Part shown: positions 7,246 through 12,792 of the stretch, one piece after another
How positions within the stretch are numbered: position 1 is the first letter of the stretch
Layout: every line of letters begins with the position of its first letter
Origin: a virus
Strand: one strand, 5' to 3'
DNA length: 17,335 nucleotides
UHGV virus genome: UHGV-1687067
Position numbers and translations under genes: made by a program
The notes under the pieces: generated by a model
Databases searched by the model: none
The model's input: only the letters and a program-made list of their open reading frames with translations
Told to the model about the DNA's origin: nothing

Positions 7246-7282
7246 AAATGGCATTGTTTCGGCAGTGCCATTTTGTTATAAA
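7246..7282 (+). promoter_or_regulatory. Hairpin (AAATGGCATTG / CAGTGCCATTT) followed by T-rich run, overlapping a promoter-like TTGTTT-17 nt-TATAAA
   Basis: About 11-bp stem with one G-U wobble and 6-nt loop at 7246-7273, then TTTTGTT. TATAAA at 7277-7282 with TTGTTT 17 nt upstream. Could be terminator, attenuator or promoter. Confidence 0.25.
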
Positions 7283-7317
7283 GAAGCTGAAGAGAGAACG
7301 ATGCGGAGGGTAGAAAA

Positions 7318-7596
7318 ATGAAACGCTGGATTAACAAAGAAGTCGAATCTCGCTTAAACGCATTTTGGGAGATGGTGGAGAAAGAAGACCCAGCACACGC
7401 TGCAAGCCCTTACCTGAACAACATCGAATATCACTACATTGCAGCAAACAACGCGGAGTTCGAAGAAGAAGGTGGAGCCGACAAGTTCGCACAAAGCAAC
7501 GCATTCAACAACGCAAACGAAATGATGATGGCAGTCATCGAACAGGCAGAGGAAGACTACGAATGCAAATCACTTGAATTCGCACGTATGGCATAA
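7318..7596 (+). CDS. Hypothetical acidic protein (92 aa)
   Basis: ATG 7318 with GGAGGG upstream; first gene after the 98-bp regulatory gap. Net charge about -11 (19 Asp/Glu vs 8 Lys/Arg). Confidence 0.5.
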   Translation: MKRWINKEVESRLNAFWEMVEKEDPAHAASPYLNNIEYHYIAANNAEFEEEGGADKFAQSNAFNNANEMMMAVIEQAEEDYECKSLEFARMA

Positions 7597-7606
7597 GGGG
7601 GAAACC

Positions 7607-7747
7607 ATGAACGCTAACGCTAAATATCCGGCCTGGGTTTTCGAACTGTACGCAAGATACTTTGAATTACTGGCACAAGGTGAAGAAGCATTAAGCATTG
7701 ACGAGTACGCGGAGTGCTTAGGGTTTAAAGGAGACGAAGAAGCATAA
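7607..7747 (+). CDS. Hypothetical small acidic protein (46 aa)
   Basis: ATG 7607 with AAGGGGG upstream; MNANAKYPAWVFELYARYFELLAQGEEALSIDEYAECLGFKGDEEA. Not in ORF track (under 60 aa). Confidence 0.35.
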   Translation: MNANAKYPAWVFELYARYFELLAQGEEALSIDEYAECLGFKGDEEA

Positions 7748-7752
7748 AACAC

Positions 7753-7768
7753 GGGGCCGGATGGCCCC
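7753..7768 (+). other. GC-rich hairpin GGGGCC-GGAT-GGCCCC in intergenic gap
   Basis: Perfect 6-bp GC stem with 4-nt loop between genes ending 7747 and starting 7791; no following U-tract, so more likely a stability or processing element than a terminator. Confidence 0.3.
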
Positions 7769-7790
7769 ATCAAATCAGAAGGGTGTAATC

Positions 7791-8090
7791 ATGAAAAGCG
7801 CTAAATTTATTGCTTGCTGTTTTGTTGAAGTTCCTAACGATGATGTTTTCTGTAATTATGAATTTAAAGACAGCTTAGGCAGATCTCATGTTGTTGTTGG
7901 TAAGCGCGGCGACTGGTTATATATCACTGATGGAGACAGGATCTTCACTAAAAACCAGTTGTTAATAATAAAGGCAGAAAATGATGAAATACCAGTAGGT
8001 AATATGGGGATTATGAATTATCACGCTGGTTTATTGTTAAAGCACGATACGGTAAACAAAGCGCGTAGCTTACCTGGTGCGGAGTTTTAA
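7791..8090 (+). CDS. Hypothetical protein (99 aa)
   Basis: Internal ATG 7791 (MKSAKFIACCF...) with AGAAGGGTG upstream; track start 7761 rejected. Confidence 0.45.
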   Translation: MKSAKFIACCFVEVPNDDVFCNYEFKDSLGRSHVVVGKRGDWLYITDGDRIFTKNQLLIIKAENDEIPVGNMGIMNYHAGLLLKHDTVNKARSLPGAEF

Positions 8091-8093
8091 TTT

Positions 8094-8348
8094 ATGGAAA
8101 TAATCAAAATATGGCGCGGCAACAGTAAGGCTGACGGTGAGTTTTGCCGCGTCGTTCAATTCGTAAATTATGGTAGGTTTTACGAGCTACCTTATGACAA
8201 AAGGAAAGATGATTTCTATTTAAGCGAGTCAATCCCGGTGCACAGAAAAATAAAGGCGCTTAGGGGGTTATTGCGAAGTGGTTTTTATTCTTGCCCTAAC
8301 CCATTAAACAATCCTGAACTGGTAGCTATTTTTTACGAAGGAGAATAG
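8094..8348 (+). CDS. Hypothetical protein (84 aa)
   Basis: ATG 8094 with GGAG upstream, 3 nt after upstream stop. Confidence 0.45.
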   Translation: MEIIKIWRGNSKADGEFCRVVQFVNYGRFYELPYDKRKDDFYLSESIPVHRKIKALRGLLRSGFYSCPNPLNNPELVAIFYEGE

Positions 8349-8351
8349 ACA

Positions 8352-8675
8352 ATGTCTAAATTTATCAGCGTTAAAGTTTTCCGTGGCACTTTACCGAACG
8401 AAGAAAGATTAGGACAATTTGCCGGGCAACCTAGTGCATGTTTCCGTGTAGCCACTGAAGACGATGCGCATGTTAAATGCTTCCACGTATCGGAACCGCC
8501 TTTTAATGCAGACCATCTTGAAGACCCGGATAGAATTAAAAGCCTAGTTTTTGCCTATCTGATGTTCCAGGGTATCGCTAATATGGAAGTGGAATTGCTT
8601 GGCGCTGAACTGGCGGCAGAATACAAAGTGACTGAAGGCGAAAACGGAGGGGTGGAAATTGAGCGCATCAAATAA
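8352..8675 (+). CDS. Hypothetical protein (107 aa)
   Basis: ATG 8352 with AAGGAGAA upstream. Confidence 0.5.
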   Translation: MSKFISVKVFRGTLPNEERLGQFAGQPSACFRVATEDDAHVKCFHVSEPPFNADHLEDPDRIKSLVFAYLMFQGIANMEVELLGAELAAEYKVTEGENGGVEIERIK

Positions 8676-8910
8676 ACCTTACAAGATCCGGTGTAAAGGC
8701 GAATACCCTGGGTTTACGATTGGTTGCGAATACCTGGGCCACATTGGGTACGGCCCTTTCGGTGAGTTAGGGATGAATACGATGGACGACGACGGCGACA
8801 GCAGGACGCTTGATCTTGATTCTGATGATTTCGAATACATCCCTCCAGTTACTTACCGTGCCGTTGATGATTTCCTGGCTGAACATGAAGACGAGGGCGA
8901 TGATGATTGA
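8659..8910 (+). CDS. Hypothetical protein with strongly acidic C-terminus (83 aa), probable TTG start
   Basis: No in-frame ATG or GTG near the 5' end; TTG 8659 has GGAGGGG about 5 nt upstream. C-terminal half is Asp/Glu-rich (DDDGDSRTLDLDSDDFEY...EHEDEGDDD). Confidence 0.4.
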   Translation: MSASNKPYKIRCKGEYPGFTIGCEYLGHIGYGPFGELGMNTMDDDGDSRTLDLDSDDFEYIPPVTYRAVDDFLAEHEDEGDDD

Positions 8911-9097
8911 ATGCCTTATAGCTGTGATTGTTTTGCTTTATATCGCTGGCGCTATCCTGATGTCTTGTTTTATTAAGTTTAGCGGAGCTGAACCTGGCGG
9001 CCTTGAGATTCCTTTTTGGCCTGTGACTGTGTTTATCGCTTTCTTCGACGCTACGGCAGGGCAGATCAATCGAGCTATTAAGGAGCGCAAGAAATGA
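8903..9097 (+). CDS. Small membrane protein (about 64 aa, two predicted hydrophobic helices)
   Basis: ATG 8900 or 8903 in frame of track ORF 8810..9097. Translation MIECLIAVIVLLYIAGAILMSCF...FWPVTVFIAFF is hydrophobic; track N-terminal extension rejected. Confidence 0.4.
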   Translation: MIECLIAVIVLLYIAGAILMSCFIKFSGAEPGGLEIPFWPVTVFIAFFDATAGQINRAIKERKK

Positions 9098-9273
9098 TTG
9101 AAGATGGGGTGTACGCAACAGTAGTAGACGGGCTGTTTTACCGCGTAGAAGGTGATGATATTCGCATCCGCGTTGGCGGTGGTGAGTGGGTAGCGCCAAT
9201 CATTAAGACGACGCGAGAAACAATTAAAATATTTCTTGATGCTGGTGAACTGGTGAGGGTTAGCGACCTATGA
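9094..9273 (+). CDS. Hypothetical small protein (59 aa), paralog of the next gene
   Basis: ATG 9094 with AAGGAG upstream, overlaps upstream stop (ATGA). MIEDGVYATVVDGLFYRVEGDDIRIRVGG... Not in ORF track. Confidence 0.4.
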   Translation: MIEDGVYATVVDGLFYRVEGDDIRIRVGGGEWVAPIIKTTRETIKIFLDAGELVRVSDL

Positions 9274-9446
9274 ACGAGATCGAAGATGGTATCTATTTGC
9301 ATAAGGTATTTAACATCGTCTATTTACTTAAAGGTAATAAGGTGATGATAAGACCTGATGACGATCCACATTGGGAATCAAGCGACATGGATCGGCGGCA
9401 TATGCAAATGTTGGTTGATAACGGCCTGATATATAGAAAGCCGTAA
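9270..9446 (+). CDS. Hypothetical small protein (58 aa), paralog of the previous gene
   Basis: ATGA overlap at 9270-9273, GTGAGGG upstream. MNEIEDGIYLHKVFNIVYLLKGNKVMIRPDDD... shares the N-terminal (I)EDG(V/I)Y motif. Not in ORF track. Confidence 0.4.
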   Translation: MNEIEDGIYLHKVFNIVYLLKGNKVMIRPDDDPHWESSDMDRRHMQMLVDNGLIYRKP

Positions 9447-9453
9447 GCCGTAT

Positions 9454-9482
9454 TTGTAGGGCGTAAACAAACAGATTAAAAT
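9454..9482 (+). promoter_or_regulatory. Candidate late promoter (PR'-like): TTGTAG-17 nt-TAAAAT
   Basis: Hexamers with 17-nt spacer in the gap upstream of the holin, about 30 nt before an intrinsic terminator, as in the lambda PR'-tR' arrangement. Weak -35; inference only. Confidence 0.3.
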
Positions 9483-9510
9483 ATTTCCTAACAATGCGAA
9501 ATTGTAATTA

Positions 9511-9532
9511 CCCGGCCCCGCGCCGGGTTTTT
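9511..9532 (+). terminator. Rho-independent terminator (tR'-like) just upstream of the lysis cassette
   Basis: CCCGGC-cccgc-GCCGGG (6-bp GC stem, 5-nt loop) followed by TTTTT, about 20 nt before the holin SD (GGAGG at 9541-9545). Confidence 0.6.
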
Positions 9533-9552
9533 GCTTTGTTGGAGGAAAATCT

Positions 9553-9753
9553 ATGTTCGACAAAATACGGGAGGCGTGCGCGTATGTGACTGGGGCCGTA
9601 ACTGCTTTTTTCGGCGCGATAACCATCAATGACATTGCCGTCTTTGTGGGTATCTTATCAACCGTAGGCACATTTGCCGTTAACTATTACTTCAAATCAC
9701 AGGAGAACAAGCGAGCGCAAGAGGAACACGACGCGCGAATGGGGAATAAGTAA
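9553..9753 (+). CDS. Class II holin (pinholin, S21-like)
   Basis: 66 aa with two hydrophobic segments (AYVTGAVTAFFGAI; IAVFVGILSTVGTFAVNYYF) and charged C-terminus; immediately precedes a SAR endolysin; resembles phage 21 S (NLYFK vs NYYFK). Confidence 0.7.
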   Translation: MFDKIREACAYVTGAVTAFFGAITINDIAVFVGILSTVGTFAVNYYFKSQENKRAQEEHDARMGNK

Positions 9754-10245
9754 ATGATTAGCCAATCGCTGAAAAACAAGATTATTGCTGCGGCGGCTGG
9801 CGGGGCGATCGCTATTGCGGCTGTGATGGTTAAACCATTAGAAGGCGTGGAGTACGATCCGTATCGTGATGCTATCGGTGTATGGACTGTATGTTATGGT
9901 CACACCGGAAAAGACATTATGCTGGGTAAAACTTACACGCAATCAGAATGCGATGCTTTGTTAAACAAAGATCTCCACAAAACCGCAAAAGCGATTGACC
10001 CATATATTAAAGTCGAAATATCAGATTTTACCCGCGCGGCGCTTTATTCATTCGCCTATAACGTAGGCGCTACCAACTTCAAAACATCAACATTATTGAA
10101 GCTACTCAATGACGGCAAGAAATCGGAGGCGTGCGCACAGCTTAAACGCTGGATATATGCTGGTGGTAAGCAGTGGCAAGGGTTAATTAACCGCCGTGAT
10201 GTTGAATATGCCGTTTGCGAATGGGGTGAAACATGGACAAGGTGA
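9754..10245 (+). CDS. SAR endolysin (T4 lysozyme-like muramidase, P21 R-like)
   Basis: N-terminal Gly/Ala-rich signal-anchor-release segment ([17 protein letters not shown]) followed by [33 protein letters not shown], matching phage 21 R along its length, with the E-D-T catalytic spacing. Confidence 0.9.
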   Translation: MISQSLKNKIIAAAAGGAIAIAAVMVKPLEGVEYDPYRDAIGVWTVCYGHTGKDIMLGKTYTQSECDALLNKDLHKTAKAIDPYIKVEISDFTRAALYSFAYNVGATNFKTSTLLKLLNDGKKSEACAQLKRWIYAGGKQWQGLINRRDVEYAVCEWGETWTR

Positions 10246-10703
10246 AGACGTTAATCATCGCCGTTGTTGTTTGCATTATTGCCGGGCTTACCGCCGTAAC
10301 GTGTTATTACCAGGGTGAGGCGGCAAGGTTACAGGAAGAAGTCACGGTGACGAAAGGCGCACTAAAAACAGCAAGTAACACTATCCAGCAGATGAAGGAG
10401 CGAAACGCCGAACTGTCAAAACTTGATAAGAGGTATCACGATGAGATTAAAGCTATCAGATCTGACATTGCCGATCTTCGCGCTGGCATTGATAGCGGTG
10501 CTATCAGGTTGCACGTCAACGCCGAGCCAGTGTACGTGCACGACGCCACCGGAACCGCCAGCAGCATTAATGGAGCCACCTGTAGACTTACTGCCAGTGC
10601 TCAATCAAATTATCTATCCCTCAGAGAACAACTAAAAGAGAAAGACGCGAAGATCACCGGATTACAGGACTACATCAAAACGCAGTGCATACGCAAAGAA
10701 TAA
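10233..10703 (+). CDS. Rz-like i-spanin
   Basis: N-terminal TM helix ([16 protein letters not shown]), coiled-coil-like middle, and RLHV...YLSLREQL...QCIRKE matching lambda Rz (RRLHIKA...YFTLRERL...EQCR). Overlaps endolysin 3' end. Confidence 0.75.
   Translation: MDKVKTLIIAVVVCIIAGLTAVTCYYQGEAARLQEEVTVTKGALKTASNTIQQMKERNAELSKLDKRYHDEIKAIRSDIADLRAGIDSGAIRLHVNAEPVYVHDATGTASSINGATCRLTASAQSNYLSLREQLKEKDAKITGLQDYIKTQCIRKE
10441..10635 (+). CDS. Rz1-like o-spanin lipoprotein, embedded in +1 frame of Rz
   Basis: ATG 10441 with AGAGG about 8 nt upstream. [24 protein letters not shown] has lipobox LSGC; short Pro-rich mature region ([19 protein letters not shown]). Embedded architecture is classic. 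Confidence 0.7.
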   Translation: MRLKLSDLTLPIFALALIAVLSGCTSTPSQCTCTTPPEPPAALMEPPVDLLPVLNQIIYPSENN

Positions 10704-10858
10704 CAGCGCGCGGACGTGTCGCCGTTTCCGCCAGCCAGCCATAACCGGGCCAATCCTTCCCGCGAGCGACGGCGGAATAGTCAAAAACACGTAATACCGG
10801 ATCAACAGTCCCATTAACAGGTCAGGCGCTACCTGGGTAGAAGAAAGCGCCATTCACC

Positions 10859-10872
10859 AATTTTATAAAATT
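10859..10872. promoter_or_regulatory. Perfect 14-bp AT palindrome AATTTTATAAAATT in the 279-bp gap after Rz
   Basis: Self-complementary 14-mer in the long non-coding gap between Rz and the next gene; could be a promoter -10 region or protein-binding site. Confidence 0.2.
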
Positions 10873-10982
10873 CTGGAAACGGTACTGATGAAGCGCCGTT
10901 TTCAGTGTTTTATAACTGTTTTCACTCCCTGCGGTGTCGAGTTTTGCGGGGGTTATATTTTTCAGAATAGGAGATTATTCTG

Positions 10983-11525
10983 ATGGCTAAGGCTAAAGGC
11001 ATTAAATTGCCTCAATTTAAGATCCCACTCTTTGAGCATACAACCGTTTTCTTTTGCCCGACCCGCGAGATGTTCTATGAATTTTGCGAAAAGGCAGGAA
11101 TTCCGATTGAACCTGATTTCGAGTTGGCTGGAGGATTAACGCTTACTTGCACTGGCGAGAATGGTGGTAACTTCTACGTGATCGCAGTATTCAACAATGA
11201 GTTGGGAACGCTGGTCCATGAATGCGCCCACACTACATTCCACGTTTTAAGTGATGTAGGCGTCGTGGCTACCACGGATCCTACCCATCCGGCGAATGAG
11301 ACTTACGCTTACATGGTAGGCCGTATCTTCGATGCGTTTTTCCCTATCCTAGCAGAATCAAACGAAGCACAGGTTGCAGCAATGCAGGCGGCAGAAGTCG
11401 TCGATCAGGCGCTGGAACAGGCAGAACAGCCGAAGGAAGAAGAAAAGCCAGCGAAGAAAGGTAAACGTAAGCCGAAAGCAAAAGAAGCGCTTGTACCGCG
11501 TGTTATGAGTTTTAAACGAGGCTGA
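10983..11525 (+). CDS. Hypothetical protein with HExxH motif (possible zinc metallopeptidase-like) and Lys/Glu-rich C-terminal tail
   Basis: ATG 10983 with AGGAG 9 nt upstream. Motif LVHECAHTTFH (HExxHxxxH) in the middle; C-terminus low-complexity (EQPKEEEKPAKKGKRKPKAKE). Family not recognised. Confidence 0.5.
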   Translation: MAKAKGIKLPQFKIPLFEHTTVFFCPTREMFYEFCEKAGIPIEPDFELAGGLTLTCTGENGGNFYVIAVFNNELGTLVHECAHTTFHVLSDVGVVATTDPTHPANETYAYMVGRIFDAFFPILAESNEAQVAAMQAAEVVDQALEQAEQPKEEEKPAKKGKRKPKAKEALVPRVMSFKRG

Positions 11526-11527
11526 TT

Positions 11528-11617
11528 ATGATTGCGTCAATACTAACTTTCGTCGGCGGGATGGCGGCTGGATTCATCCTTTGCCTGTTTCTGGTAGTTA
11601 TGTCTATGCGAGACTGA
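11528..11617 (+). CDS. Micro-ORF 1: hydrophobic peptide, 29 aa (MIASILTFVGGMAAGFILCLFLVVMSMRD)
   Basis: ATG 2 nt after upstream stop, GAGG upstream; single predicted TM helix. Missed by ORF track (under 60 aa). Confidence 0.35.
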   Translation: MIASILTFVGGMAAGFILCLFLVVMSMRD

Positions 11618-11619
11618 TT

Positions 11620-11682
11620 ATGGACGCTTATTTATTTATCGGAATGGCGGCGGCTGTAATATTGTTTTTGTTGTGGAAGTAA
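11620..11682 (+). CDS. Micro-ORF 2: hydrophobic peptide, 20 aa (MDAYLFIGMAAAVILFLLWK)
   Basis: ATG 11620; N-terminus MDAY shared with micro-ORF 3; the same DNA context TGATTATGGACGCTTA precedes both. Confidence 0.35.
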   Translation: MDAYLFIGMAAAVILFLLWK

Positions 11683-11687
11683 TGATT

Positions 11688-11792
11688 ATGGACGCTTACA
11701 TCATTGCCGGATTAATCGGCGTTTCTGTGTTTCTTGCTGGTTCTATTATAGTTGCGCTGATAAACGTATATATCAAGTATTTGGTGGGGTGA
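11688..11792 (+). CDS. Micro-ORF 3: hydrophobic peptide, 34 aa (MDAYIIAGLIGVSVFLAGSIIVALINVYIKYLVG)
   Basis: ATG 11688 (in-frame ATG 11682 overlaps upstream TAA); paralog of micro-ORF 2. Confidence 0.35.
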   Translation: MDAYIIAGLIGVSVFLAGSIIVALINVYIKYLVG

Positions 11793-11797
11793 AAAAT

Positions 11798-11872
11798 ATG
11801 ATTGACCCGCTAATTATCCTTTCTGCCTGCGTCGCTGTATGGCTGGCGATCATGATATTCATTGAAAGCTGA
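11798..11872 (+). CDS. Micro-ORF 4: hydrophobic peptide, 24 aa (MIDPLIILSACVAVWLAIMIFIES)
   Basis: ATG 11798 with GGTGGGG upstream. Confidence 0.35.
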   Translation: MIDPLIILSACVAVWLAIMIFIES

Positions 11873-11883
11873 AGGTATCCACA

Positions 11884-11964
11884 ATGAACGCATACGAAAT
11901 GCTATTGCTGGTGGCTGTTATTACAGTTATTGCCGTAGATGTTTATCGGGAGTTTAAAAAATGA
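11884..11964 (+). CDS. Micro-ORF 5: hydrophobic peptide, 26 aa (MNAYEMLLLVAVITVIAVDVYREFKK)
   Basis: ATG 11884 with AAGG upstream; stop overlaps next start. Confidence 0.35.
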   Translation: MNAYEMLLLVAVITVIAVDVYREFKK

Positions 11965-12029
11965 AATGGCTTGATTTCTTTTTCCTGATCGTTGCGATTG
12001 TTCTCACTATGACCGCGCTTGCTCAATAG
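11961..12029 (+). CDS. Micro-ORF 6: hydrophobic peptide, 22 aa (MKWLDFFFLIVAIVLTMTALAQ)
   Basis: ATG 11961 overlapping upstream TGA; GGGAG upstream. Confidence 0.35.
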   Translation: MKWLDFFFLIVAIVLTMTALAQ

Positions 12030-12037
12030 GTGAAAGC

Positions 12038-12112
12038 ATGAACGCTATTGATATTATGTTGATCGTGTGTACCGTTGCATTAGTTATTATTGGGGTGATT
12101 ATCAATGTCTGA
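12038..12112 (+). CDS. Micro-ORF 7: hydrophobic peptide, 24 aa (MNAIDIMLIVCTVALVIIGVIINV)
   Basis: ATG 12038 with AGGTGA upstream. Confidence 0.35.
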   Translation: MNAIDIMLIVCTVALVIIGVIINV

Positions 12113-12173
12113 TGGTGATTTCTTAATCATGGCTATATGCACGCTGTTAACTGTTATTGTTTTCTTCGCGTAA
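12105..12173 (+). CDS. Micro-ORF 8: hydrophobic peptide, 22 aa (MSDGDFLIMAICTLLTVIVFFA)
   Basis: ATG 12105 overlapping micro-ORF 7 by 8 nt, GGGGTGA upstream; alternative start ATG 12129. Confidence 0.3.
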   Translation: MSDGDFLIMAICTLLTVIVFFA

Positions 12174-12182
12174 AGGTAAACA

Positions 12183-12266
12183 ATGAAAGAATTATTCGAT
12201 TGGTTGGAAGTATTAACATACTGTGCAAGTTTTGTTGCTTGCGTATATATCATCAATAAATATTGA
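12183..12266 (+). CDS. Micro-ORF 9: hydrophobic peptide, 27 aa (MKELFDWLEVLTYCASFVACVYIINKY)
   Basis: ATG 12183 with AAGG upstream; ends 10 nt before the terS start. Confidence 0.35.
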   Translation: MKELFDWLEVLTYCASFVACVYIINKY

Positions 12267-12276
12267 GAGGTGAATT

Positions 12277-12792
12277 ATGGCCCGCACTAAAAAGGCAAAA
12301 GCTGACGACAAAAAGCCAGCCGCAAAAAGGGTGGGCCGTCCGCATGGTTATACCGAAGAAAAGGCGTTAGAAATCTGTGAACTGGTGGCGGACGGTCAGA
12401 GCGTTAACAAAATTTCGAAGATGCCTGGTATGCCTACCCGTTCAACAATCCTGAAATGGTTTAGAGACGTGCCGGAATTCTCGGACATGTACATGCGCGC
12501 GAAGGAAATCGGCTTCGAGGTATTAGCTGATGAGATCCTCGATATAGCTGATGATGCTAAGAACGTTGATAAAGACCAACTACGCCGCCACCAATTAATG
12601 ATTGAAACGCGTAAATGGTTATTGGCTAAGCTACAACCGCGCAAATACGGCGAACGCGTCACACAGGAGATCGTCGGTAACAAGGAAGAAGCACCCGTCC
12701 AGGTAGAAGTAAATCAGACTACTGTCCTTGAGATAATCGATAACCTGAATAAGGAGTACAATACTCATGGAGACTGCGACGACAAAGATTGA
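12277..12792 (+). CDS. Terminase small subunit (putative)
   Basis: ATG 12277 with GAGGTGA upstream. Basic N-terminus (MARTKKAKADDKKPAAKRVGRPHGY), HTH-like segment (GQSVNKISKMPGMPTRSTILKWF), and position directly upstream of and overlapping the large terminase. Confidence 0.65.
   Translation: MARTKKAKADDKKPAAKRVGRPHGYTEEKALEICELVADGQSVNKISKMPGMPTRSTILKWFRDVPEFSDMYMRAKEIGFEVLADEILDIADDAKNVDKDQLRRHQLMIETRKWLLAKLQPRKYGERVTQEIVGNKEEAPVQVEVNQTTVLEIIDNLNKEYNTHGDCDDKD

Noticed and set aside
10662-10853. Minus-strand 63-aa ORF after Rz as a possible Bor-like lipoprotein (bor sits at this position, opposite strand, in lambda)
   Set aside because: Translation has no signal peptide or lipobox, is Arg-rich, and overlaps the 3' end of Rz; treated as non-coding.
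11528-12266. Interpreting the micro-ORF region purely as a non-coding pac/cos packaging site
   Set aside because: Not excluded, but nine consecutive ORFs with their own ATG and SD-like sequences and uniformly hydrophobic products are unlikely by chance, so the coding interpretation is kept as primary with this alternative noted.
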